Below are positions 37,193 to 47,452 of a stretch of DNA of 64,000 nt, one piece after another (positions within the stretch are counted from its first letter, which is position 1; the number at the start of each line of letters is the position of its first letter). Where the stretch lies: IMG/VR virus record IMGVR_UViG_3300042564_005465; one strand, 5' to 3'. The stretch is from an uncultured virus (IMG/VR IMGVR_UViG_3300042564_005465) (taxonomy: Duplodnaviria; Heunggongvirae; Uroviricota; Caudoviricetes). The translations under genes were made by a program, and so were the position numbers. The notes below the pieces were generated by a model. It saw only the letters and a program-made list of their open reading frames with translations. It did no database searches and was not told the DNA's origin.

Positions 37193-38149
37193 ATGATATT
37201 GGTTACTGGCGGTGCTGGATTTATTGGCTCCAACGTTGTTAAATCCCTGTGCAACAGTGGTTATGATGTGGCTGTGGTTGATCATTTGGGTTCAGACGGC
37301 AAATGGACAAACCTGCGAGACTGTGATCTGTGGAAGTTTTGGCAGCCAGATGAGATCACTCGGGCGTTAGCTGGTGGGCCCAAAGCGGTGATCCATTTGG
37401 GCGCCATCAGTGATACCACAGCCACCAACGGCGATGAGGTGATGAAAAATAATTTTACCTTGAGCTCCAACATTTGGGAATGGTGTTCTCAACATAATGT
37501 GCCGTTCATCTATGCCAGTTCAGCAGCAACCTATGGTGATGGCAGTGCTGGCTTTGATGACGAATCTAATCTAAGCTCCTTGCGCCCTTTGAATCTTTAT
37601 GGGTGGAGCAAGCATGTTTTTGACCAAAAAGTCTTGAAATGTGTTGAAAATCAAAAGCTCACACCACCCCAATGGGTGGGACTGAAGTTTTTCAATGTCT
37701 ATGGTCCACACGAATCTCACAAAAATGCCATGGCCAGTGTATGCTATAGTCAATACAAACAATTGAAACAAGGTAATCCCTTGCGATTGTTCAAGAGCAC
37801 AGTGGCAAATTTGCCCCACGGTGAACAGAGTCGAGACTTTGTGTGGGTAGGCGATGTGGTTGATGTCATCCGTTGGTTTTTAGACAATCCTGACAAGAGC
37901 GGTATTTTCAATGTGGGTACTGGAAGAGCCGAAAGTTTCAACATTGTGGCACATGCTCTATTGAATAATTTGAATTTACCAGATGAAATTCAGTATGTGG
38001 ATATGCCACTGTCTTTGCGGGACAAATACCAAAACTTCACGCAAGCCAAAATGTCAAAACTGCGCTCAATTGGTTATACAAGCAGCATGTGCTCAGTGAG
38101 CCAGGGTGTGGCGCAATACGTTGAATGGCTTGAACAAAATCTAGCGTAA
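37193..38149 (+). CDS. hldD: ADP-L-glycero-D-manno-heptose 6-epimerase
   Basis: TGGAGFIGSN, HLGAISDT, YASSAATYG, PLNLYGWSK, FFNVYGP.E.HK..MAS. Confidence 0.95.
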   Translation: MILVTGGAGFIGSNVVKSLCNSGYDVAVVDHLGSDGKWTNLRDCDLWKFWQPDEITRALAGGPKAVIHLGAISDTTATNGDEVMKNNFTLSSNIWEWCSQHNVPFIYASSAATYGDGSAGFDDESNLSSLRPLNLYGWSKHVFDQKVLKCVENQKLTPPQWVGLKFFNVYGPHESHKNAMASVCYSQYKQLKQGNPLRLFKSTVANLPHGEQSRDFVWVGDVVDVIRWFLDNPDKSGIFNVGTGRAESFNIVAHALLNNLNLPDEIQYVDMPLSLRDKYQNFTQAKMSKLRSIGYTSSMCSVSQGVAQYVEWLEQNLA

Positions 38150-38560
38150 CCAGCCTATTTTGGCGCCACTGCTGACTCTAGACTCATACTCTTGAACACT
38201 ACCAGGATAGCGCCATGCCCAAACCGCACCTGCTGCCATCAGCAGTGCAACTCCACCACATATCCAAAAGTTACCAGTTGTAAACCAAAGAGTGATAAGG
38301 CTAATGTCCATGGTGATAACCATTGCCCATTTGCCTTTTGTTGGAAAAACTCGCTTATTGGTCCAATTTTGCAGGAATGGGCCAAAAAACTTGTGGTTCA
38401 TGAGCCAGTTGTGCCAGCGATCATTTGATTTGGCGAAACAATAGGCAGCGCCAACTGACGGTGTGCTCCAAGGAATGCCTGGGAGAATGATGCCCAAATA
38501 GGCCACTCCTAGTAACAGCAATCCCAACATAAACCAAAGTGTTTTGCGCCAATTTTTCAT
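38141..38560 (-). CDS. YbaN/DUF454 membrane protein
   Basis: GIILPGIP.STP...CFAKS...HNWLMNH..FGP. Confidence 0.85.
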   Translation of the reverse strand: MKNWRKTLWFMLGLLLLGVAYLGIILPGIPWSTPSVGAAYCFAKSNDRWHNWLMNHKFFGPFLQNWTNKRVFPTKGKWAMVITMDISLITLWFTTGNFWICGGVALLMAAGAVWAWRYPGSVQEYESRVSSGAKIGWLR

Positions 38561-38608
38561 CAACTATTTAAGGGTAATAAATACACAAGCAAAATAAGGA
38601 ACTACATC

Positions 38609-40156
38609 ATGTCTGAAAGTAAGCCAATTGATTCAAAATTACGCAACTTGCATTTGGCTATGCAATACGACGATGAGGGTTATCCAGAACTGCGTGTTGG
38701 GGCAAGAATTGTAAGCCCTGATCCCCTACCAGTAACGTTGGGTAGTGAATCCATTACCATAACAGGAGATGTGAATGTAAGCTCAAGTGTGGGCATCAAC
38801 AACACTGAGGAAGATGCTGCTAACATGCACATTGCATCAGTTGGTACCAGCGGGGTACTCACTACTGATTATTTGCCAGTTGGTGGAACAGTAGAGGCAA
38901 CACAAGGCACAAATCCATGGATAGTGAGTGGCTCAGTTACAGCTTTGGACGATCCCACAGCAACAGACGCCTTTGGCCGCAAACGAGTCAGTAACCCTTT
39001 CACATTGTTTGACAGCAGTTTTCGCTATAGTGACAATCCCACCAAATGGAATAGCAGCACATCAGGCACCACAAGCGAAACATTTTTACCAAATGAGTCA
39101 AGTATTGGATTGGCTGTTGGTGGCGCGAACGGAGACAGCATTATTCGAGAAACAAAGCGAGTGTTCAATTATCAGCCAGGCAAGAGTCTCTTGATTATGA
39201 GCACTTTTGTGATGAACGCTGGTAAGCCCAATTTGCGTCAACGGGTGGGATATTTTGGTGCACAAAATGGCATCTACTTTGAACTTGAAGGAACAACAAA
39301 AAACCTTGTGATCAGAAAGTACATCTCTGGCGTAGTGGATGATACTACAGAAAAAGTACCACAAGGAAACTGGAACGGAGACCGTCTCAATGGACTTAGT
39401 GGATTACACAATCCAAGTGGATTTGATTTGGATCCCAGCACATCACAAATTTTCTGGATGGATGTCGAATGGCTGGGTGTTGGATCAGTGAGATGTGGCT
39501 TTGTGATAAATGGCAAATTCATTGTATGTCACACTTTTGATCATGCCAACAGCTTTACCTCTGTTTATATGACCACAGCCAGCTTGCCTTTGCGCTATGA
39601 GATTACCAACACTGGCATTACAGGCGGTGCCAGCTCTATGAAACAGATATGTTCCACAGTAATCTCTGAAGGTGGTTATGCAGCCACCAGCAGAAGCAGG
39701 AGTGCAAGCACGACGCTGGAAGGTCCACAAGTGAGTCAAACCAATTGGACACCATTGGTGAGCATTAGATTGAAGTCAGCTCGATTGGATGGCATTGTTT
39801 TCCCGGCTAGATTGGACGTGTTTGGACGCCAAAGCAATCCCTACAAATGGGGCGTGTTTGTGGGCGGCACTTTGTCCAACAACAGCACCTTAACTTGGGT
39901 TGATGCAGGATCAGACAGTTCAGTTGAATACAATCTCAATGCAACTGCCATAACAGGAGGAACACTTATTGATCAAGGTATCTTTGTTGGCAACGCCATT
40001 GGTGGTCCTGTGTCTGCCACTCCGGTAGGCCAAAGCCAAGATGTTCAGTTGGGACGCTTGTTGAACGGAACTGCTGAAACACTCACAGTAGCTGCTATTG
40101 CCACCAACAACAATGACACGGCTGTTTGCAGCCTTGTTTGGCAGGAGTTCGGCTGA
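38609..40156 (+). CDS. Putative virion structural protein
   Basis: DAFGR.RVSNPFTLFD, YQPGKS, EWLGVG motifs typical of large-phage structural proteins; TAAATA upstream. Confidence 0.7.
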   Translation: MSESKPIDSKLRNLHLAMQYDDEGYPELRVGARIVSPDPLPVTLGSESITITGDVNVSSSVGINNTEEDAANMHIASVGTSGVLTTDYLPVGGTVEATQGTNPWIVSGSVTALDDPTATDAFGRKRVSNPFTLFDSSFRYSDNPTKWNSSTSGTTSETFLPNESSIGLAVGGANGDSIIRETKRVFNYQPGKSLLIMSTFVMNAGKPNLRQRVGYFGAQNGIYFELEGTTKNLVIRKYISGVVDDTTEKVPQGNWNGDRLNGLSGLHNPSGFDLDPSTSQIFWMDVEWLGVGSVRCGFVINGKFIVCHTFDHANSFTSVYMTTASLPLRYEITNTGITGGASSMKQICSTVISEGGYAATSRSRSASTTLEGPQVSQTNWTPLVSIRLKSARLDGIVFPARLDVFGRQSNPYKWGVFVGGTLSNNSTLTWVDAGSDSSVEYNLNATAITGGTLIDQGIFVGNAIGGPVSATPVGQSQDVQLGRLLNGTAETLTVAAIATNNNDTAVCSLVWQEFG

Positions 40157-40746
40157 TGCTTTCTTTTGGTATCCCCTATGTGTTGTTTTGCAGCGTCATG
40201 TGGCGGCTTAGAGGAGGTGCATGGTCTACTCTATTACACATTCACATGGGCACAACCGTTACTCGTTTTGTAAGTGCATTTTTGATCAGCTTGCCTTTGG
40301 CTTGGTGGTTTGCAAATTGGTACATAGTCCCTGGAGTTACATTTGGACTTTGGTTTGGCTTGGTGCTAGGTGGATATGGGCCATTCATGGGCATGGGAGA
40401 TCATGCCGTTATCCCTGCCAAAACTTGGATCAACTTTTTTCCAAAACTGTTGGGGTTACAGCCCTACAGTGTGGCTTGGGACTTTGCAGGCATGTGGTTT
40501 TCAGGAGTTCTCATCTACAGTTGGGTCGTTTTGATAGCAGTTGCCTCAAGTGGAACACTCTTGTTACTAGCTCTGATTCCCATCTCAGGATTAGTTTTTG
40601 CCGGCAGTTATTACTTAATGAGCCACATACCGGACAGTGAGTTTCCTATCATTCCAGGATTCACCGCCCCAGAGCATGAAGTTTTTGGTGAATTGTGTGC
40701 CGGATTTTGGACAGGCGTGCTGTTGTTTTTGTGCGCAAACCTTTAA
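40156..40746 (+). CDS. Multi-TM membrane protein
   Basis: WRLRGG motif and about five TMs. Confidence 0.65.
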   Translation: MLSFGIPYVLFCSVMWRLRGGAWSTLLHIHMGTTVTRFVSAFLISLPLAWWFANWYIVPGVTFGLWFGLVLGGYGPFMGMGDHAVIPAKTWINFFPKLLGLQPYSVAWDFAGMWFSGVLIYSWVVLIAVASSGTLLLLALIPISGLVFAGSYYLMSHIPDSEFPIIPGFTAPEHEVFGELCAGFWTGVLLFLCANL

Positions 40747-40843
40747 AGAAGTTGACGCATCAAACCTAAACAATTATTATCATTTGTATTGTATTTTGAA
40801 GTTATGCGTAAAAATATCTTCAAAAGATTAGGATCTAGTGATA

Positions 40844-41620
40844 ATGACAGAATTAGTTTTAGGCGCAGCCTATGGATATTCAGCAGAACAAGTCAAGCCC
40901 TTTGTAACAACATTGCGCCGCTATTACACCGGCAAAATAGCTTTTTTAGTATCTGTGGATCTGGATCCCACTCTTGTAGAGCTTTGTCAAGAATCTGGTA
41001 TTGATTTTTTTATTGTTGACGGAGATCAAAGCAATCCTATTCACATGCAGTGGGCTAGGTTTTTTCATTATGAAAATATTTTGAGCCATCCGTTTTTCAC
41101 CAATACTACTAGAGTGTTACTAACAGACATACGCGACGTTATCTTTCAAGCCCATCCTTTTAGCCTGCCTATGACTACTGATTTTGAATTCTTTACTGAA
41201 CCAGAAACAATCAAAAATAGCTTTGTCAACAGAGGGTGGTTGCAGGAACGTTATGGCGTAGCTGAGACCTATGCTTGGGAGAACAAAAACATCATTTGTT
41301 CTGGAACCATCCGAACCACTATGGCTGGTGCACAAGTGGTGGTGCGAAACATGATTATGGAAAGTGAAAAGCTGCAAGCTACTGGACGCAGTCCTTTGGA
41401 TCAGCCCATGCTAAATTATTTGGTCTACAGCGGGGCTTTTTTCAATTACAGAGTTTTTGATAACGGAGAGGGGGCTGTAGACACATTGCATTTTGCCAAA
41501 GAGTTAAAATTTTCCCCCTCTGGTGTTCTCTTGAACAAAAACAATCAACCTGTGCCTATTATTCATCAGTGGGATCGAACTCAAGCACTAGTTCCAGTGT
41601 TTGAAAAAATATTTGCATAA
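40844..41620 (+). CDS. Glycosyltransferase-like protein
   Basis: LTDIRDVIFQ.HPF, CSGT, DQ..LNY, HQWDR. Confidence 0.8.
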   Translation: MTELVLGAAYGYSAEQVKPFVTTLRRYYTGKIAFLVSVDLDPTLVELCQESGIDFFIVDGDQSNPIHMQWARFFHYENILSHPFFTNTTRVLLTDIRDVIFQAHPFSLPMTTDFEFFTEPETIKNSFVNRGWLQERYGVAETYAWENKNIICSGTIRTTMAGAQVVVRNMIMESEKLQATGRSPLDQPMLNYLVYSGAFFNYRVFDNGEGAVDTLHFAKELKFSPSGVLLNKNNQPVPIIHQWDRTQALVPVFEKIFA

Positions 41621-41721
41621 ATGTCTTTCTGGATAACAAGGACTATCCTATCCTGAGAATGCTTGTTCAAAACTCCCGCACACTCATGTGAGTGCCACGT
41701 CAACATCAGCAGTCCATCACC

Positions 41722-41850
41722 ATAGTGGGTGCTCCTACTGCATCAGCTGTCACATATCGTAGCGGCACCCGATTTGGTCCCAGCAGTATTAGAGATGCCA
41801 GCGTGATGTAACCAATGGAGTGCATGAGAAATTTCCAGTTGACATTTCTC
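41722..41850 (+). pseudogene. Agmatinase/ureohydrolase gene remnant
   Basis: IVGAPTASAVTYRSGTRFGPSSIRDASVM* then, in a shifted frame, TNGVHEKFPVDI. Confidence 0.7.
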
Positions 41851-41917
41851 AGTTTTGCTGGAGATATAATATCTTATACATAACCTGTTAAATACCGCAT
41901 AGCAAGGATATGACACT

Positions 41918-43213
41918 ATGCGAATCACAGAAATAGCAAGCCAAAGCGCATCTGGTGGTTGGGAAAAATTGGACCCATACCGTTTACCTAGTATTCTTTT
42001 GGCTCAAATACCTCAATATTATAGAGGCAGTCACAATATTTGGGCATTAAATCCAACTAAGTTCGAAACTCCTTTGATGGCAATTGGTGATTTTGGTATT
42101 TGGGAACCCATCATAAATGACAAGTATTTCAGCAAAGAGTTTGTTGCAGCAATGCTGACCAACTTAGTGAATTTTACTGGTAAGCAACAATTCTCTACAC
42201 GAAGTGGATATGTTTGGAGGAATCCAGAAGTTCTGCCATTTTTCGATGCATTTTCATTTCCAAAAATCGCACCCGCTGATGGCGCCAATTTTTGGTATGA
42301 GGTGCCGTTGGCTCAAGAAATATTTGGCTACGAGTATCAAAATCAACGCTCTGTTGCAGACAAGTGTTACGCAATTTTACCAAACAAGGCGTTCAACTCA
42401 GCAGATGATTTGCACACCCAATTTTTCAACACCTACCGGGTGTTCACAAAAGGCACAAAAGTTATTAGCATCTCAGGTAATGTGGGAAGATCTTCATTGC
42501 AGAACCTGGTAGACGCAGTGGGCCTCACTGACAGCAGTGGAGCGCATGGCAGCACTTGGATAGTGCGTAACGGTAAGGTTGAAGACTTATACCAAGTTGC
42601 CTTCACAGATCCTGATGGCACATTGAGTGATGGAACCAAACTCTGGAAATTACCCAGCTATGTAATACCAGCATTGAGCACAATCCAATTTGAAAAAACT
42701 TGGAAAACAGCAGACAGTGCCTTTTTGGCGCTTTTGCCCAAAAGCACAGGTACAGAACTCAACAACACTATACTGGTGGCAATCCGCAAGGGAAATATTT
42801 TGGGGATGGCTAGAGGGCACTATGCACAAGCCACTGAACCAGAATTGGCTCATCTGGCCTCGTTATTAGCTAATGAAAAAGGCGTTGGTGCTAGCAAGGA
42901 TAAATTTGTCAAGCCCAATAGCAATTTTCACAACATGTTGAAATATGTTGACGCCAACCCAGGAAGTCCCCGCACAGGATATTTTGTAAAAGGTTTGGGC
43001 CGGTCTGCACAAGGCCTCCCAGCAGCCAACAGCCCACAAAGCCTTGATGGATTGGCAGCACGTTTGGAGCTTTTGACCTTGAAAGACCCAGGCGATAAAC
43101 CCACAACATATCATCTACGGCTGACCTCAGAAGGTGAACTTATGTTGGACTGGCTGGACGCCGGTAGGAAAATCAATCTTACTGACATTGCCAGGAAAGT
43201 TTCCAGTAGTTAA
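41918..43213 (+). CDS. Hypothetical late protein with MRITEI N-terminus
   Basis: 431-aa ORF; TAAATA at 41889. Confidence 0.7.
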   Translation: MRITEIASQSASGGWEKLDPYRLPSILLAQIPQYYRGSHNIWALNPTKFETPLMAIGDFGIWEPIINDKYFSKEFVAAMLTNLVNFTGKQQFSTRSGYVWRNPEVLPFFDAFSFPKIAPADGANFWYEVPLAQEIFGYEYQNQRSVADKCYAILPNKAFNSADDLHTQFFNTYRVFTKGTKVISISGNVGRSSLQNLVDAVGLTDSSGAHGSTWIVRNGKVEDLYQVAFTDPDGTLSDGTKLWKLPSYVIPALSTIQFEKTWKTADSAFLALLPKSTGTELNNTILVAIRKGNILGMARGHYAQATEPELAHLASLLANEKGVGASKDKFVKPNSNFHNMLKYVDANPGSPRTGYFVKGLGRSAQGLPAANSPQSLDGLAARLELLTLKDPGDKPTTYHLRLTSEGELMLDWLDAGRKINLTDIARKVSSS

Positions 43214-43263
43214 AACATTTGTTTGGGCATATAATGCTCTACAGACCATGAAAGGAACTGTCT

Positions 43264-43452
43264 ATGAAACAATTTTGGGCTGTTGGTGGGGTATTCACTG
43301 ATCACAAATTCACAGAGTTGGAACCCAATACCGGAGAGTGCTATGGGCCATTCTCAACACGTGAAGAGGCAGAAAGGATTGCAGCAGAAAAAGTACGCAA
43401 GAACATCGACATCTGTTGGTACAACTTGTTTGTAACTGAAACTTGCAAATAG
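43264..43452 (+). CDS. Small protein, DUF4170-like
   Basis: WAVGGVFTD..F......E.YGPF...EEA. Confidence 0.6.
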   Translation: MKQFWAVGGVFTDHKFTELEPNTGECYGPFSTREEAERIAAEKVRKNIDICWYNLFVTETCK

Positions 43453-43456
43453 CCAC

Positions 43457-43487
43457 AAAAAAAGCCCCGGAAATTCCGGGGCTTTTT
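43457..43487. terminator. Bidirectional intrinsic terminator
   Basis: AAAAAGCCCCGGAA-A-TTCCGGGGCTTTTT. Confidence 0.88.
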
Positions 43488-43508
43488 CATTTACGAAGTT
43501 CTGTTGTA

Positions 43509-44000
43509 TCAGAACTTGTAGGCTGCACCAACAGTGACCATGTTTGCACCCTTGCGTCCATTCACGCTTTCAAAAGCAGCGAAGTGACGATAACGCAGGT
43601 CAAGATCAATGTTCTGGGAAACAGCAACACGAGCGCCAGCACCCACATTGTAGAGCGCAACACTGGTGTTACCATTGGTGGTATTCAGTCGGTTCATGCC
43701 CACACCTGCACCAAGCAGTGCATATGGGGTCACAATCGTGCCAGTTGGAATGCTGAGAACAGCATTAGCCATCAGGGCTTGGCCGTTACCGTTCTTGTAC
43801 CAGATCTGGTCAAAAGTGCCTTCAGTCCGCACAAAGCGATTGTATTGGTAACCAACAACAGCACCAGCAGAGACCTTGCTGGAGTCTTGTAGCACAGTGC
43901 CAACGTTGGCACCCACATACATACCGCGATCATTGGTTTGTGCTTCTGCAACACCAACAAGACCCAGTGCCATTACAGCGGCGAGAATTAGCTTTTTCAT
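43509..44000 (-). CDS. Outer-membrane beta-barrel protein (8-stranded, OmpA-N/Ail-like)
   Basis: Signal peptide, YVG, PYALLGAG, DLRYR, terminal YKF. Confidence 0.88.
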   Translation of the reverse strand: MKKLILAAVMALGLVGVAEAQTNDRGMYVGANVGTVLQDSSKVSAGAVVGYQYNRFVRTEGTFDQIWYKNGNGQALMANAVLSIPTGTIVTPYALLGAGVGMNRLNTTNGNTSVALYNVGAGARVAVSQNIDLDLRYRHFAAFESVNGRKGANMVTVGAAYKF

Positions 44001-44198
44001 ATGAATATTCCTTCATTTTCAAGCAAGTCAGTGACATCACTGCTCTTTGCCCTATCAGCTTACGGGCTGCTGTTTTGTGTGTCTACCAACTTGCGGAATT
44101 TGCTGATAAACATATGTTACTGAGCATTGCAGCAAAAGTCAAACCTTGCACTTGACACAGGGGCTAATGCGTATATCTTTGGTGTGAAGGAGATCACT

Positions 44199-44537
44199 AT
44201 GGGCATTTCAACACATGTTTACGCCATCTTGGGTGTGAAAATTCCCTGGGACGAGGAGTTCTGTGATGCACATGAGCTAGTGTATGATGATGACGATGTT
44301 CCTGATTTGATTTTTGATGGCATGAGTGGCGAGTATATTGTGCTGGGAAAAATCTTGTTCGACAGTGGAGATTTTCGCTGGGGCTTCGAAAAGGGGGACA
44401 TTTGGAAAACCGTTGACAACAGCAGGTTTGCAGAAATTGAACGAAACTATCGAGAAGAATTCTCTCGCAAGTTTCCTCAGTTCATGCACCTACTCAACCA
44501 GCCGTTTGAGCTGCATGTGTTTTTGCACTGGAGTTGA
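44199..44537 (+). CDS. Hypothetical phage protein
   Basis: AAGGAG RBS; DGMSGEY motif. Confidence 0.65.
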   Translation: MGISTHVYAILGVKIPWDEEFCDAHELVYDDDDVPDLIFDGMSGEYIVLGKILFDSGDFRWGFEKGDIWKTVDNSRFAEIERNYREEFSRKFPQFMHLLNQPFELHVFLHWS

Positions 44538-44821
44538 TGATTTTGTATTATCACAAAGAGTTTAGGCGAAATGGCTACTGTACTCAACTGCGTGTAAGTG
44601 ATAGCTACTATGACCGCATTTGCGTGTGGTGTAATGATCGATTTGGTGACAAGTATGCGTGTCGCTATCACACCTGGGACCAGTTGGGCGAGTGGCAACT
44701 CTACACACGAAGTGACTTTGCAGAGTTTTCACTTATGTGGGGAGGTGTTGGTACACCTCATACACCCATTGGTGACATCAATTTCTACGGCACACTATAA
44801 GATTTTGAAGGAGCTCACACA

Positions 44822-45025
44822 ATGACACGCTATCATCTTTTCAAAGGCACTCGAGGTTATGCAGGGCATGCCTATTGTGGCCCCAGCAATGATGGTCAAC
44901 CAGCCCAGGCTGACACACTGGAAGAGGCACTAGATATTCGTGCTCGCTTGATGGTTCGTAATCCTGGAGTGGGCTGGGGGATTCATGACCTAGAGGTAGG
45001 CAGTGACGTTCCGCTATCACGCTGA
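44822..45025 (+). CDS. Small hypothetical protein, paralog of 50950-51165
   Basis: RYHLFKGTRGY.GHAY.GPS...RNPGVGWGI. Confidence 0.7.
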   Translation: MTRYHLFKGTRGYAGHAYCGPSNDGQPAQADTLEEALDIRARLMVRNPGVGWGIHDLEVGSDVPLSR

Positions 45026-45093
45026 AAGATCAGTTGATGTAGTTCACAAAGTTGCTGTAAGTTATCTATACCTAGGACAAGGTCTCTGAAATC

Positions 45094-45387
45094 ATGCGTA
45101 TGCCTCGTGAGCTGGATAATTTGTATCCTGATGTGCCTGATCACTTTGAAGACGTTTGGTTTGGTGATTGGTCTGACTATGACGAATACAGTCATCTCAT
45201 TATTGTGCGAGACCTTAAAACCAAGCAGTACTACCGACAAACGTGGAATTACAATGATATGGTGGAATCCAATCTCAATCCCATGACATGGAATCCAGCT
45301 GCAATAAGTGAAAGAGAGGCAATCCACGATCTATTGGATTGGAATGCAATTGGTGTGCCTCAGAAAGTTGCCTTTCAAGGTTGGTGA
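45094..45387 (+). CDS. Small hypothetical protein, paralog of 52013-52303
   Basis: PRELD.LY..VPDHF...FQGW. Confidence 0.7.
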   Translation: MRMPRELDNLYPDVPDHFEDVWFGDWSDYDEYSHLIIVRDLKTKQYYRQTWNYNDMVESNLNPMTWNPAAISEREAIHDLLDWNAIGVPQKVAFQGW

Positions 45388-45514
45388 TCAAGAAAAAGTC
45401 TTGAGTTGGTGAGAGAAGTAAGCTTCTGATATTTTGTTATCAGAAGGTGAATTCTTTTGATCAAAATCAGAGCTTATTGACACATTTGACTGTCAACCAG
45501 CATAATAAAAATAA

Positions 45515-45880
45515 ATGAATCAGACCATGAACAATAGTGAACTAGCAGAAAGTCTTACCGCACATATTCAAAATATGTTGGATCTTACCTCACAGTTGAA
45601 TGACACAATTGAACAAGAAAATCAACTGCATAGTGAGCTCACTAGGATTGGTAGACTGAAATCGCAATTACAAAAAGAGATCAAAGAAGCGAAAAAGCTC
45701 TTGGATTGGTGTATTGAAACCAGAAGTGATCCCACACAAGCTCGCTTGAGCAACAGTGATGAAGAGCTCAAAAACAAAATGCAACCCAGTGGGTCACGGC
45801 AATTTCTCACTGAGCAAACTAAAAATTATATTGATGTCCTAACACAAATAGGAATCAACACAAAAAATTTCACAGGATAA
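45515..45880 (+). CDS. Coiled-coil protein, tandem paralog 1
   Basis: KKLLDWCIET.SDP..A.L. Confidence 0.6.
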   Translation: MNQTMNNSELAESLTAHIQNMLDLTSQLNDTIEQENQLHSELTRIGRLKSQLQKEIKEAKKLLDWCIETRSDPTQARLSNSDEELKNKMQPSGSRQFLTEQTKNYIDVLTQIGINTKNFTG

Positions 45881-45883
45881 GTC

Positions 45884-46318
45884 ATGAGCACATTTAATCA
45901 ACTCACGCGGAGCTATCGACAACACAAAAAAACTGCGACTAAAATCCAAAGGCAAATACAACTCTTGCAAGAAAAAGTTCAGAAGTTGCGTGGTCAGGAA
46001 AACGATATCAAACGAGATCTTAGACTAACCAAAAGTCTCATTGACTATTGCGTTGAAACTGGTGAAAGTCCTGTGGAGGCACAATTGAAAAACACGCCTG
46101 CTGAAATAGTTGAGTATGTTGGCAAACTGCATCTTGACCTCACTTACGGGCATGACATGTTTTCCAGCAGTGGGTCAACTTACAATATCACATCACCAAC
46201 AATGTTGTCAGGCAGTCTATCCAGCAACAGCATCAGTATTACACCTTACCTTGGCACATCAACCATAAGCAGTAGTGGTATTTCCACTGCAATAAATGGG
46301 TCTATTACCACCGTATGA
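45884..46318 (+). CDS. Coiled-coil protein with Ser/Thr tail, tandem paralog 2
   Basis: KSLIDYCVET.ESP..A.L. Confidence 0.6.
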   Translation: MSTFNQLTRSYRQHKKTATKIQRQIQLLQEKVQKLRGQENDIKRDLRLTKSLIDYCVETGESPVEAQLKNTPAEIVEYVGKLHLDLTYGHDMFSSSGSTYNITSPTMLSGSLSSNSISITPYLGTSTISSSGISTAINGSITTV

Positions 46319-46725
46319 AATTGGTGTTTGTTAACGGCTGTTTTGATGTGTTGCATTGCGGACACATTCTGTTGTTAAAATATGCTCGCTCACTGGGAGA
46401 TCGCTTGGTAGTTGCTATCGACAGCGATGCTAGAGTCCAGTTTTTAAAAGGAGCTTGTAGGCCCATCAACAGGGCAGAAGATCGTTGTCTCCTGCTGGAA
46501 AGCATTCGCTATGTTGATGAAACCCGTGTGTTCAACACAGAGCAAGAGCTTGTTGAGTTGACGGCACTGTTACAGCCTGACATAATGGTAGTAGGCAGCG
46601 ATTACCAAAACAGAAAAGTAATTGGCGCAGAACATGCCAAGGAGACATTATTCTTTGACCGAATCCCCCACTACAGTACAACGCAAATCCTTGAAGGTTC
46701 TCCTCTTGGGAGAAAGCTGTTGTGA
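46315..46725 (+). CDS. Heptose-1-phosphate adenylyltransferase (HldE domain II / RfaE2-like)
   Basis: NGCFDVLHCGH, DSD.RV..LKG..RPIN, GSDY, STT. Confidence 0.9.
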   Translation: MKLVFVNGCFDVLHCGHILLLKYARSLGDRLVVAIDSDARVQFLKGACRPINRAEDRCLLLESIRYVDETRVFNTEQELVELTALLQPDIMVVGSDYQNRKVIGAEHAKETLFFDRIPHYSTTQILEGSPLGRKLL

Positions 46726-47452
46726 CGAATATCACTATGGCGTTGTAAATCGAATTGCAGCTGAAGCTCCTGTTCCCATCCTAGACTATCAGGATGTTGA
46801 AAAACGTTCAGGTATGGCATCCAATGTGCGTAGCAATCTAATTGCTCTGGGTGCCAGTGTTGATTTCGTAACCAATCATCCCAGCCAACTTATCAAACGG
46901 CGGTTTGTGGACACGCGGAGTAACCAAATGCTCATGCGTCAAGACATTGAGTCGCACATCAGTCCTGCCACAGTGGACATCAGTCCAGGATATGATGCCT
47001 TGGTAATCTCTGACTACAACAAGGGCTTGATTGACTCAACCTATATCAAAGGAGTTTGTGAAACCTTTGAAGGACCCATTTTTGTTGACAGCAAGCGAAC
47101 TGATCTCAGTGCATTTGAGAAAAGCTTCATCAAAGTCAATGAGTTTGAAGAAAAGGCGTTGCATCAGTTGCCAAAAAATCACCAATTGATTACAACACTG
47201 GGAAAACGTGGTGCCAAATGGAACAATCAGTTGTTCACTGCGCCAAGGGTTGATGTGTTTGATGTTACAGGGGCTGGCGATGTGTTCCTAGCCAGCTTGG
47301 TTTGGTTTTATATGGAAACAACTGACTTGCCCAGGAGTATCCATACAGCAGTGTATCTAGCCAGCCGGAGCGTGCAACATATGGGCATCTACACGCTTAC
47401 ACAAAAAGATATCCAAGCGGCAAAAGATTTTCAAAAAACACTGCCAGATTAG
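46691..47452 (+). CDS. Heptose-7-phosphate kinase (HldE domain I, PfkB family)
   Basis: RIAAEAPVP, ISDYNKG, DVTGAGD; TTG start at 46691 inferred. Confidence 0.9.
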   Translation: MKVLLLGESCCDEYHYGVVNRIAAEAPVPILDYQDVEKRSGMASNVRSNLIALGASVDFVTNHPSQLIKRRFVDTRSNQMLMRQDIESHISPATVDISPGYDALVISDYNKGLIDSTYIKGVCETFEGPIFVDSKRTDLSAFEKSFIKVNEFEEKALHQLPKNHQLITTLGKRGAKWNNQLFTAPRVDVFDVTGAGDVFLASLVWFYMETTDLPRSIHTAVYLASRSVQHMGIYTLTQKDIQAAKDFQKTLPD

